Assembly: GCA_036405515.1 (NCBI GenBank)
Contig: DASWXM010000040.1
Span: forward strand, 1 to 54,694
Origin: Candidatus Saccharimonadales bacterium
GTDB taxonomy: Bacteria > Patescibacteriota > Saccharimonadia > Saccharimonadales > Saccharimonadaceae
Length of the DNA stretch: 54,694 nt
Direction: 5' to 3'
Shown here: piece after piece, positions 46,518 through 54,694 of the stretch
Layout: the number at the start of each line of letters is the position of its first letter
Position numbering within the stretch: position 1 is the first letter of the stretch
Notes under the pieces: model-generated
The model's input: the letters and a program-made list of their open reading frames with translations, nothing else
Told to the model about the DNA's origin: nothing
Database searches by the model: none
Made by a program: the position numbers and the translations under genes

Positions 46518-47216
46518 ATGGACGCGACTCAGGCAAAGGAGACTCTCGATAAGATTGTCGGCGCCGTATTTGGTTATCAGAACCCTTTGAGCCTTGATGA
46601 GGCAATGCAAAAATTTGCTTTTGATCTCAATCTGCCACAGCAGGTATATGATGGCACGACGGGTGAGTCTACTTGGGCAAATTCTGTAAATCCATCCCGT
46701 TTTATCACTATGGAGAATTCCCAGAAGCGTGCCGGAATTGATGAATGGATGCTGCCAAAACGGCCTCTCGGTTCCATTGAAGATATTTTAACCGCATGGG
46801 CAGAGACAAACTACACGACTGCGGCACGTCAGATCGAGTCGACAGGTGTGGCTGAGAGCGATAGTATCAGTAATAGCGAGAATATCTATCGCTCAGCACT
46901 CATACGGCGCTGTAAAAACGTGCTTTTTTCAAGAGGTTGTGTGGATTCTGAGTATCTTGTCGCAAGCTCTGAGTCGCAAACTTCGAGCTTTTCTATTCGG
47001 GTAGAAGACAGTCAGTTGGTTTCCAATAGCTTTAATGTCGTATGGTCGGCAAAGGTATCAAACTCTTTCTTTATACAGGATTGTTATGATGTTTCTGATT
47101 GTATGTTCTGCTCGCATACTGCAGGCAAGCAGTACTGTATAGCGAATATGCAGTTTACGAAAGAGGAGTATGAGCGCCTCAAGCTTGAAGTAATCAAGTG
47201 GATCTTTACTTCTTAG
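46518..47216 (+). CDS. hypothetical protein with C-terminal Cys/Ser-rich periodic repeats
   Basis: Tightly coupled to the ATPase with a 3-nt gap. The region SENIY...CKNV...GCVDS...CYDVSDCMFCSH has about 16-20-aa periodicity. Confidence 0.55.
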   Translation: MDATQAKETLDKIVGAVFGYQNPLSLDEAMQKFAFDLNLPQQVYDGTTGESTWANSVNPSRFITMENSQKRAGIDEWMLPKRPLGSIEDILTAWAETNYTTAARQIESTGVAESDSISNSENIYRSALIRRCKNVLFSRGCVDSEYLVASSESQTSSFSIRVEDSQLVSNSFNVVWSAKVSNSFFIQDCYDVSDCMFCSHTAGKQYCIANMQFTKEEYERLKLEVIKWIFTS

Positions 47217-47224
47217 GCGATTTT

Positions 47225-48292
47225 CTACTCGGCGTTTTGCGCTTTGAGCTCTCGTTCGTAGGCGGCAAGTTGCTCAACTAGGTCGTCAATATCACCATTC
47301 ATTGCCTGCGGGATACCGCTCCGTGAATAACCAATACGATGGTCGGTGATACGATCTTGCGGGTAGTTGTAGGTGCGGATTTTCTCTGAACGGTCACCAG
47401 AGCCAATAAGTGAACGACGTTCTGCGGTAAGCTCAGCTTGCTCTTTATCGACTTTGATCTGCAAGAGCCGAGAGCGGAGGACGCTCATAGCCTTTTCTTT
47501 ATTTTTGATCTGCGACTTTTCGTCCTGGTTGGTCACGACGAGGCCTGATGGCAGGTGAGTGATACGCACCGCAGAGTCGGTCGTGTTGACGCTTTGCCCA
47601 CCATGACCACCGGAGCGGAATATATCGATACGGAGATCATTTGGATGGATCTCGATGTCGGTTTCTTCGGCTTCTGGAAGAACGGCTACGGTAGCGGTCG
47701 ATGTATGGATACGGCCCTGTGATTCGGTAGCCGGCACGCGCTGTACGCGGTGTACCCCTGATTCGAACTTAAAGGTGGCATATGGCATGTCGCCCTTAAT
47801 TTCAAAGATAACTTCCTTGTAACCGCCGTTGTCTGAACGATTTTCGCTCATGAGAGTTGTTTTGAATCCGTGTGACTCGCAGTAACGCAGGTACATACGG
47901 TAGAGGTCACCAGCGAAAATAGCGGCTTCGTCACCACCAGCGCCAGCACGGATTTCCATGATGACATTCTTTTCGTCATTTGGATCTTTTGGTGTGAGGA
48001 GAATAAATAACTCTTCATCGAGTGAGTCAAGTTTTTGTTCAAGGTCGGGAATCTCCATTTTTGCAAGTTCGGCGAGCTCATCGCCGCCACCGGAGAGCTC
48101 CTTGGCCTCGAGGAGTTGCTTTTCGAGTGAATCACGCAGAGTGGCTTTTTCGATAAGTGATTCGAGCTCTGATAGGCGGCGGTTCTTACTACTAAATTCT
48201 GGATCATTAAAGGCGTCAGGGCGCGACAAAAAAGCTGTTAAATCAGCTTTTTCTTTATCAAGGTCGGTGATATTGAGATTAATTTTTGGCAT
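47225..48292 (-). CDS. prfA: peptide chain release factor 1
   Basis: The PAT tripeptide ([13 protein letters not shown]) and GGQ ([10 protein letters not shown]). Confidence 0.95.
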   Translation of the reverse strand: MPKINLNITDLDKEKADLTAFLSRPDAFNDPEFSSKNRRLSELESLIEKATLRDSLEKQLLEAKELSGGGDELAELAKMEIPDLEQKLDSLDEELFILLTPKDPNDEKNVIMEIRAGAGGDEAAIFAGDLYRMYLRYCESHGFKTTLMSENRSDNGGYKEVIFEIKGDMPYATFKFESGVHRVQRVPATESQGRIHTSTATVAVLPEAEETDIEIHPNDLRIDIFRSGGHGGQSVNTTDSAVRITHLPSGLVVTNQDEKSQIKNKEKAMSVLRSRLLQIKVDKEQAELTAERRSLIGSGDRSEKIRTYNYPQDRITDHRIGYSRSGIPQAMNGDIDDLVEQLAAYERELKAQNAE

Positions 48293-48587
48293 ATTTTCCT
48301 CTTTTAGGGGACTGGAGAATGAATCGGACTAAGCCTGCAAGAATAAAAGGGATCCATATGAAGTAGCAGATAACGAATATTGGCCAAAGTATATTTACTA
48401 GACTAATACCAAATGATTGCTCGTCTGTATAGTGCGATGAAGCCTCAATATCTAAAACTGCAGGCAAATCATATAGATTTTGTATCAGAGATAGAGCAAG
48501 AAAGGACACGAGCCCAATCATCGCGGGGGCAAAGCACACAATAAGTGTCGTTAGCTGTTTTCGAGTAATTGAATTGGCTTTTAACAT
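48279..48587 (-). CDS. small membrane protein
   Basis: Three hydrophobic helices. Overlaps the prfA start by 14 nt. Confidence 0.5.
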   Translation of the reverse strand: MLKANSITRKQLTTLIVCFAPAMIGLVSFLALSLIQNLYDLPAVLDIEASSHYTDEQSFGISLVNILWPIFVICYFIWIPFILAGLVRFILQSPKRGKYAKN

Positions 48588-48606
48588 GATCTCTATCTAT
48601 AAGTAT

Positions 48607-48638
48607 ATCAAAAGCCGCCATTTGATATTGGCGGCTTT
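48607..48638 (-). terminator. intrinsic terminator after rpmE
   Basis: AAAGCCGCCA pairs with TGGCGGCTTT. On the minus strand it is followed by TTTTGATATA. Confidence 0.75.
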
Positions 48639-48651
48639 GGTTGGAGTGGAG

Positions 48652-48972
48652 TTATTTGTCGCTCTTCTTGGCTTTCTGAGCGGCTTTTTTCTTTGCCTTG
48701 TTGGCGAGCTCTTGCTTACGAGCTTCGGCTGCGGCAAACTTTGCCTTGAAGCGGTCAACACGACCTTCGGTGTCGATAATCTTCTCTTCACCAGTAAAGA
48801 ACGGGTGAGAGGCTGATGAGATGTGGACTTTCACGAGCGGGTAGGTGTTGCCATCTTCCCATTTGATTGTTTCGTCCGTTGCTGCGGTTGACTGAGTCAA
48901 GAACGCAAAGCCCGCTTGATCGTCGCTAAATACGACAGGGCGGTATGTCTGTGGGTGAATACTGCTTTTCAT
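48652..48972 (-). CDS. rpmE: 50S ribosomal protein L31 (type B, Cys-less) with Lys/Ala-rich tail
   Basis: [10 protein letters not shown]...HPFFTG....DTEGRVDRF. Confidence 0.9.
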   Translation of the reverse strand: MKSSIHPQTYRPVVFSDDQAGFAFLTQSTAATDETIKWEDGNTYPLVKVHISSASHPFFTGEEKIIDTEGRVDRFKAKFAAAEARKQELANKAKKKAAQKAKKSDK

Positions 48973-49081
48973 AACTAAACGATTGTATCTGTTTTTGGTT
49001 GAATTGTAAAGAGGTGTGATGTATCATGGTGAAAAGTATAAACGCCAAAAATAAATATCTTAATACGAAAGATTTAAGCAA

Positions 49082-50047
49082 ATGTCACATGAATTCGTTA
49101 CGACCGAGAGGCATGATGATGGAACCGCAAGCGCACAACTTACCGAGCGAGTAGACGCATTTGTGCAGAAGTATGCTCTCGGTGAGACAGAGCTGGTTTT
49201 TCAGGAGGCGAAGGGCAGACTTGATAAGGCCGAACATACGCTTAGCGCCATTGAAGAATTTTCGGAAAATCCAGCGAATGAACTTGAGGACATGCTGGCA
49301 CAGGCTAAGGCGATTGGTGAGCCAGCAGCAATTAGTGATACAGATAGAGTGGCTGAACTGGCAATTGTCGGTGGTAAAGATGAACAAGGAGCGCTTGCTC
49401 ATGAACTTAATACCCAGCTTAACTCAGGAGAGCCGGGGGTGGTAATTGATGCAATAAAAGATCTAGGTGTAGTGAATCCAAGTCAGATGTCGGAGCTGGT
49501 GGCAGCTCTTGATACTGAGGTATATTTTCATGGTTCAAATTACCCTTTCGAGATAGGAGACCAAATTCAACCTGGTGAGGGTGCTATTTTAGGTAAAGAC
49601 GGTAAGCTAAACGCATCAGCAACGACCGATGAGCGTATAGCATGGGCATACGCTATGGATAAAGAGAATCTTCCGACGGGCTGGCGAGAAATGGAGAGTG
49701 GAAAAAATCTTCGAGCTCGGGTGTATGAAGTTGTTCCATCGGATGGTAGGCCTGCTCAGAGACTTGGTCCACAACGAGGGGAGGTCAATAGTCCGGCTTT
49801 TACTGTGGTCGGATTTAGGGATGCGCAGCCAGGACATCAAGGGACAATTCCGGAAGTAAACTGGGCTAAGTATGGTCCTTACAGTGGTCTCAATCATCCA
49901 GAGGACCCGCTCTATAGACCAGAGAGTGATTATGTAGAGCTGTATCAACATTCTCCCGATGATATACCTCTTCCTGGGCTTGGTGACAAGTATGTGCATA
50001 CTGAGCAGGAACGTATTCGTAAAGCATCCGGCATACCAATTATGTAG
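49082..50047 (+). CDS. protein with C-terminal Arr-like (rifampin ADP-ribosyltransferase family) domain and a ~150-aa N-terminal extension
   Basis: By-eye alignment to Arr: YFHGS....IGD...PG; NASAT...IAWAYA; VYEVVPSDG; FTVVGF....GH. Confidence 0.5.
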   Translation: MSHEFVTTERHDDGTASAQLTERVDAFVQKYALGETELVFQEAKGRLDKAEHTLSAIEEFSENPANELEDMLAQAKAIGEPAAISDTDRVAELAIVGGKDEQGALAHELNTQLNSGEPGVVIDAIKDLGVVNPSQMSELVAALDTEVYFHGSNYPFEIGDQIQPGEGAILGKDGKLNASATTDERIAWAYAMDKENLPTGWREMESGKNLRARVYEVVPSDGRPAQRLGPQRGEVNSPAFTVVGFRDAQPGHQGTIPEVNWAKYGPYSGLNHPEDPLYRPESDYVELYQHSPDDIPLPGLGDKYVHTEQERIRKASGIPIM

Positions 50048-50178
50048 CATTCTGTAACGGGTGTGGTGTTGAATGGATAGTTCTTTTAGTGTATAGTTAG
50101 TCTTGTATTAATTATTAATGAAGCAACGCGTGCAGATATCCTAAAACTTTAGGGCACGCGCGAAGGGAGAAGGATATC

Positions 50179-50898
50179 ATGGCTGTGAAAGCAGATATCA
50201 AGGCTCTATATGAAGCCGGTGTTCATTTTGGACACAAAACAAGTCGTTGGCACCCTAAAATGGCGCCATACATTCACTCAAAGCGTCAAGAAGCGCATAT
50301 TATCAACCTCGAAAAGACTGTCGAAGGTCTCGATGCAGCCCTACCGTTCCTAACACAGGTAGCGGCTCAGGGTAAAAAAGTACTTTTCGTTGGTACAAAG
50401 AAACAACTCAAGGAAGTTGTGAAAGAAGCGGCTGTATCAATTGACCAGCCATATGTCGTCGAGCGTTGGGTCGGCGGTATGCTGACAAACGTTGGTACGA
50501 TGACGCAGCAGATCAAGAAACTTCATGATCTTGAGAAGCGTATGGCGTCTGGTGATCTTGAGAAGCGCTATAACAAGCTTGAAGTGCAGCGATTCCAAGA
50601 AGAGATTGATCTTTTGAACTCAAAGTACAGCGGTATCAAGGATCTTAATGGCCAGCCTGGTGCAGTAATTGTCCTTGATATCATTGCTGATGCAAACGCT
50701 GTGCGTGAAGCAAAGCGTCTTGGTGTGCCGGTAGTTGGTGTTGTTGACACAAACGCAAACCCAGATGATGTTGATTTTGTTATCCCTGGTAATGATGACG
50801 CTATCAAAGGTTCAAAACTACTACTCGACTACTTTGTTGAAGCAGTAAAAGAAGGTGCGGGTAGCGCAAAGAAAGCAGAAGGGGAGGCTAGTAAGTAA
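50179..50898 (+). CDS. rpsB: 30S ribosomal protein S2
   Basis: LYEAGVHFGHKTSRWHPKM and ERWVGGMLTN. Confidence 0.96.
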   Translation: MAVKADIKALYEAGVHFGHKTSRWHPKMAPYIHSKRQEAHIINLEKTVEGLDAALPFLTQVAAQGKKVLFVGTKKQLKEVVKEAAVSIDQPYVVERWVGGMLTNVGTMTQQIKKLHDLEKRMASGDLEKRYNKLEVQRFQEEIDLLNSKYSGIKDLNGQPGAVIVLDIIADANAVREAKRLGVPVVGVVDTNANPDDVDFVIPGNDDAIKGSKLLLDYFVEAVKEGAGSAKKAEGEASK

Positions 50899-51495
50899 AT
50901 GGCAATTAGTATTGAAGATATCAAAAAGCTAAAAGAACTCACTGGTCTTGGTCTAACAGATGCTAAGAAGGCGCTTGTCGAAGCTGAAGGTGATTTTGAC
51001 AAAGCACTTGAAGCACTTCGCAAGAAGGGTCTGACAAAGGCTGAAAAGAAGGGCGACCGTGAAACTCGTGAGGGTATCATCGACAGTTATGTACACTCAG
51101 ATCGTATCGGTGTTGTCGTGGAAGTAAACTGCGAGACTGACTTTGTAGCGCGTCTTCCAGAATTTCGTGAGTTTGCACACCAAATGGCGATGCAGATTGC
51201 GGCAATGAGCCCGAAGTATGCAACGATGGAAGATGTTCCAAGTGACATCTACGAAGCGAAAAAAGCTGAGCTACTTGCAAGTGAAGCTTTGAAGAGCAAG
51301 CCAGCTGAAATGGCAGAGAAGATTGTTGAAGGTCAGCTAAGCAAGCACTTTGCTGAGCAGGTACTTGCTGAGCAGGCATTCATCCTTGATGATAGCAAGA
51401 CTGTCGGTCAGCTTATTAAAGAAGAGATTGCTAAGCGCGGTGAAAACATTCGTGTTTCACAGTTTAGGCGCATTGAGCTTGGGGTAACTGAGTAG
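50899..51495 (+). CDS. tsf: elongation factor Ts (short form)
   Basis: IKKLKELTGLGLTDAKKALVEAEGDFDKALEALRKKG, immediately after rpsB. Confidence 0.95.
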   Translation: MAISIEDIKKLKELTGLGLTDAKKALVEAEGDFDKALEALRKKGLTKAEKKGDRETREGIIDSYVHSDRIGVVVEVNCETDFVARLPEFREFAHQMAMQIAAMSPKYATMEDVPSDIYEAKKAELLASEALKSKPAEMAEKIVEGQLSKHFAEQVLAEQAFILDDSKTVGQLIKEEIAKRGENIRVSQFRRIELGVTE

Positions 51496-51519
51496 CAGTT
51501 AGATCCATAATTTAATTTA

Positions 51520-51550
51520 AAAAAGAGCGATATACTCGCTCTTTTTCTTT
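51520..51550. terminator. bidirectional intrinsic terminator
   Basis: AGAGCGA - TATAC - TCGCTCT, flanked by AAAAA and TTTTT, between convergent tsf and the 51549 gene. Confidence 0.85.
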
Positions 51551-52196
51551 ACTCGTGGCAATCCTGCTCGGAAGTAATTTTAAGCAATACGATATCATCA
51601 CGTGCTTCTTCATCATCGGGTTGTAGGGGTGCGAGAAGAGGCGGTGATGTCTTGATTGCGGACGCATTAACGCCACTGCTGATAAGTGATGCTTGAACTT
51701 TTTTTAGACGCTCGGTTGCTGCTGGTGCCACTTCCTCATAAGCGTAAGTAGTGCTGAGGGAGATAATAATTGATTTTGCTTCATGATATTTTGCATAGAA
51801 TCTTCCTGCTGATTTTATGAGTGTTTCTGTATCTTTCTCGGTAAGTTCATTGTACTCTGAAGATCCTTCATCAAAAATGATTGATTCGGTGTAGAAGTTA
51901 TTCCGAGCATCAATCGCATCTTTCATTTCAGTACCGAAGAGATCTTTGTAGTCTTGAGTCCTAAGACAGGCTTGTTGTAACGGTTGAGTAAGTAGGTAAG
52001 CAGTAGGGATCAGCAGGATGAGAAGTGTAACGCAGGAAACGATAATAATTAATCGCCGTTTATTTGGTTTTTTTGATGTAGCGGGTGGTGGAATACTTGA
52101 TGCAGGGGCGGGTGTATCGACATTGTTGAACCATGCTTCTGCTGATTGGTCTGGTGGTTGGTTGTCGTTGTGGCTATTGTAGTCTTGCGGGTACAT
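51549..52196 (-). CDS. single-pass membrane protein, unknown function
   Basis: A Pro/Gln-rich N-terminus, then a KRRLIIIVSCVTLLILLIPTAYLL anchor. Coupled to the upstream pilin-phosphatase gene with a 2-nt gap. Confidence 0.55.
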   Translation of the reverse strand: MYPQDYNSHNDNQPPDQSAEAWFNNVDTPAPASSIPPPATSKKPNKRRLIIIVSCVTLLILLIPTAYLLTQPLQQACLRTQDYKDLFGTEMKDAIDARNNFYTESIIFDEGSSEYNELTEKDTETLIKSAGRFYAKYHEAKSIIISLSTTYAYEEVAPAATERLKKVQASLISSGVNASAIKTSPPLLAPLQPDDEEARDDIVLLKITSEQDCHE

Positions 52197-52198
52197 AT

Positions 52199-53326
52199 CT
52201 AGGCCTTAAACTTATTACGAATCTTAGTTATATCTTTATCGGTAAGGCCAAGGCCTTCCTTGAGGTACCTGTTGAGGTCTCCACCATACTTCTTTCTCGC
52301 AGAACTCAACCCTGAATTTATCCAATCCGGGTTAAATTCTGCAAGATTAGGAAATGCCTTTGCGCTTTCTGCGTATTCTTTTTTAATCTGGGGGTCCTTT
52401 GCACCTGCGATATACATAACCATTGCTACTGTCCAGCCAGTACGGTCTTTACCGGAGATACAATGCACGAGCACAGGCCCTGATGCGTTGCCCATCATTC
52501 TTAGTGCTTTGCCAAACTTTGGCATTCGAGCTGGATCGACTACTGCTGGACCAATGCCTGATGTGTAGCCTAAAATATTGAGTCTTGCCGGCTGGCTGAC
52601 ACCCGTGAGCTTCACATCTGCCTTATTGTCTGCTTTTTGCTCTGATGTACGGAGATCGATAACAGTACCGCCCTTAAGAAGTTGACCTAATTTTTCTGCT
52701 TTTTTAGGCCCTAGATTGCCGAGGTGTACTGATCGGTATAGCGTACCTGGCTTGAGGACGCTACCATTAGTTGTTACGGATGCATCACGGAAGTTCTTGA
52801 TCTTAATAGCTGATGGTGTGACTGGACCCTGAACACCACCGCTGCCATTTCCAGACTCATCTTTACAATTGCAGTTTTCATCATTTGTTCGAGCAGTCGG
52901 TGTGTTGGTTGCTTCTGGTGCTGAGTAGTCTCGACCAAACACACCTCCCGGGATAAGGAACTGAACAAAAGCCCACATTAGTGCGAACAGGACAAGTCCA
53001 AGTACCACATTCGCAAGTGTTTCCTTTGCTTTTGTTACTTGACCTGACTTATCGCCAGCAGAAGAGTAGAGAATCGCGGCATACACAAATCCACCGATCG
53101 CAGCAACACCTACGAGCCCCGCCATGACGTTAACTACTATTAACAGAAGTGCCCAGATGGCATTACTATCGTCTTCACCACAACTTACAACCGAGGTGTC
53201 GACTCCGCCACAAGCTGCATATGTATCAGAGCTTTTAAGGATAGCAAGTGCTGCGGATGATAGGAATAAACATAGGAAAAAAACAGCTGTAAGAATGAGT
53301 CTGTATTGAAAAGTGGGCCGCTTCAT
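52199..53326 (-). CDS. fusion protein: TrbC/VirB2-like T4SS pilin domain + Cys-based protein tyrosine phosphatase domain
   Basis: N-terminus: a signal peptide and two TM helices flanking YSSAGDKSGQVTKAKETL. C-terminus: NFRD...LYRS...IDLR... and the P-loop HCISGKDRTGW. Confidence 0.7.
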   Translation of the reverse strand: MKRPTFQYRLILTAVFFLCLFLSSAALAILKSSDTYAACGGVDTSVVSCGEDDSNAIWALLLIVVNVMAGLVGVAAIGGFVYAAILYSSAGDKSGQVTKAKETLANVVLGLVLFALMWAFVQFLIPGGVFGRDYSAPEATNTPTARTNDENCNCKDESGNGSGGVQGPVTPSAIKIKNFRDASVTTNGSVLKPGTLYRSVHLGNLGPKKAEKLGQLLKGGTVIDLRTSEQKADNKADVKLTGVSQPARLNILGYTSGIGPAVVDPARMPKFGKALRMMGNASGPVLVHCISGKDRTGWTVAMVMYIAGAKDPQIKKEYAESAKAFPNLAEFNPDWINSGLSSARKKYGGDLNRYLKEGLGLTDKDITKIRNKFKA

Positions 53327-53371
53327 ACTCTGTGAGTAATAGTAGTACAGAGCTTATGGTTCCGCAAGCTA

Positions 53372-54448
53372 TCAGAGGGAGAGGGTAATAATCTCTGCAT
53401 CTATTGTGCTGCCGCTGCGTAGATCTGTTGCAGTAATGATTGTTTGATAGCCATTAAGTGCTTTGACGAGCTTGGCTTCGCGATGAGGGTCAAGTTCGGA
53501 GAAGACATCATCGAGAAGGATGACAGGTTTTTGTCCGCTGTGGTGCTCTTGGAGCTCAATCTCGAGCAGCTTAAATGCAAGCATCAAAGTACGCATTTCA
53601 CCTCGAGAAGCGATTTCACCTGCAGGATGAGCATCAAGTGTAATAACTATGTCGTCTCGGTGTGGGCCGGATGATGTATAGCCACGAAGCGCATCAGACT
53701 GGCGGGTGGATTCAAGCTTAGAGAGCAGCTGCTGTTGAAATAATTCCGGGTCTATGGAAGCGAACGGTGATACATATGAGGCTCTGACAGCATGGTTAGA
53801 GTCGGCCAGATCTGAGTAAAGCCGCGAAAGATGTTGGTTACTTTGGGCGAGAAAGTTAGCACGAGTACGCATGATGGTTGCACCAAGTTCAGCCAGCTTC
53901 ACATCCCATGCAAAAAGATGGCTCTCCCATATGTCGTGTTGGAGATGCTCGTATTGCTTTAATAGCTCATTACGCTGTAGGAGTGTGCGTTGGTAGCGAT
54001 TCAGTACAGTCTGATAGGTAGGCGAGAGCCGGCTAATGATGCCGTCAAAGAAGTCACGGCGGCGCTGAGGGCTCGAAGAGAGTGCTCGCAACTCCTCGGG
54101 ATCGAACAGGACGACAGGAAGGCGTTGGGCGGGTGAAAGACGAGCTGATTTTTTACTTGATATGGAGAATTCTTTCGAAAGTTTGGCGTCTGGATTAACT
54201 CGTAGCTGGACACGCCGGAGATCCTGACTGCTGAACTCAAGTTTGATGTCTGTCTGTAAAGTTTCGTGGGCAATTACGTCGCGATCACGTCCTCGAAAGC
54301 TTGTGCCGCGTAGGGCAAGATATATTGCTTCAAGAAGGCTGGTTTTGCCCGTACCATTTGCTCCTAATAATAGAGTAGTCTCGGGATGAAGAGAGATCTG
54401 ACGCAATTCATGCGAACGAAAATTATGAACAGTCAGTGAAGATAGCAT
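53372..54448 (-). CDS. recF: DNA replication and repair protein RecF
   Basis: Walker A GANGTGKTSLLEAI, signature region, and Walker B ILLDDVFSELD. Confidence 0.93.
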   Translation of the reverse strand: MLSSLTVHNFRSHELRQISLHPETTLLLGANGTGKTSLLEAIYLALRGTSFRGRDRDVIAHETLQTDIKLEFSSQDLRRVQLRVNPDAKLSKEFSISSKKSARLSPAQRLPVVLFDPEELRALSSSPQRRRDFFDGIISRLSPTYQTVLNRYQRTLLQRNELLKQYEHLQHDIWESHLFAWDVKLAELGATIMRTRANFLAQSNQHLSRLYSDLADSNHAVRASYVSPFASIDPELFQQQLLSKLESTRQSDALRGYTSSGPHRDDIVITLDAHPAGEIASRGEMRTLMLAFKLLEIELQEHHSGQKPVILLDDVFSELDPHREAKLVKALNGYQTIITATDLRSGSTIDAEIITLSL

Positions 54449-54524
54449 AGTATCTAGTATACAAGCATACTTTCACCGCGGTATTACGCTATAATAGAAA
54501 GATAAAGATTCAAGGAGATAACGC

Positions 54525-54694
54525 GTGTTTGATACGAAACCATATGAACAAAAAATGGACAGTGCACTGGAGCATTTCGCCGAAGAGCTAAAAAAAGTTC
54601 GCACTGGTCGAGCTCATCCAGATATGCTTGCAGGTGTGCAAATTGAAGCGTATGGGCAACGCATGCCGCTTAATCAAGTGGCAAACGTGACAGC
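54525..54694 (+). CDS. frr: ribosome recycling factor, N-terminal fragment (continues beyond window)
   Basis: FDTKPYEQKMDSALEHFAEELKKVRTGRAHPDML. GTG start 7 nt after AAGGAG, with TATAAT at about 54490. Confidence 0.85.
   Translation, partial: MFDTKPYEQKMDSALEHFAEELKKVRTGRAHPDMLAGVQIEAYGQRMPLNQVANVT

Noticed and set aside
1-54694. A search for rRNA, tRNA, tmRNA, CRISPR arrays, IS elements, integrases and prophage structural genes.
   Set aside because: No intergenic region shows tRNA-like cloverleaf signatures (no GGTTCGAATCC-type T-arm), no regularly spaced direct repeats, and no transposase or integrase motifs in any ORF. This was a visual scan only. tRNAscan-SE, Infernal and a CRISPR finder should confirm it.
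1-54694. Alternative genetic code (UGA recoded as in some CPR lineages).
   Set aside because: Well-conserved genes end where homologues end using TGA. Examples are the GNAT gene at 25929-31 and the orphan gene at 29189-91. Conserved proteins show no in-frame TGA, which is consistent with standard code 11.

Overview
This is a gene-dense window with about 65 CDS. I found no rRNA, tRNA, CRISPR array, transposase or integrase. It appears to come from a small-genome, monoderm-type bacterium using the standard code (UGA is used as a stop). Several features point to Patescibacteria/CPR, most like Saccharibacteria, but this is inference and not proven: short forms of IF-2, S1 and EF-Ts, two DUF5663-like paralogues, a TrbC/VirB2-like T4SS-pilin domain, a giant type IV pilin, LPXTG/LCP/O-antigen-ligase envelope genes, and many extended -10 promoters sitting directly on start codons.

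The housekeeping backbone is rpsA-infB, fmt-def-priA, recJ, rpsU, adk-map, ftsA-ftsZ-nrdR, ileS, galU, rplU, parA-parB, lepB, htrA, prmC, prfA, rpmE, rpsB-tsf, recF and frr.

The items most worth a second look are:
1. An unameliorated, very high-GC two-gene island at about 8125-9580, set in a mid-GC genome and abutting an AT-rich local promoter region. It could be a recent transfer from a high-GC Actinobacteria host or an actinophage, or it could be an assembly chimera.
2. An Ile-type T-box leader. Its AUC specifier sits in a 7-nt anticodon-loop-like hairpin, and it controls a small-ORF/GNAT/ileS operon.
3. A T4SS-pilin domain fused to a Cys-based tyrosine phosphatase.
4. An Arr-like (rifampin ADP-ribosyltransferase family) domain protein with a long N-terminal extension.
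5. An NrdR that has lost all four zinc-ribbon cysteines.
6. Two further small patches of elevated GC that encode orphan proteins.
7. Two divergent 'large protein + DUF5663' modules that bracket the variable region.

All coordinates and motifs were read by eye. No composition statistics or database searches were run.
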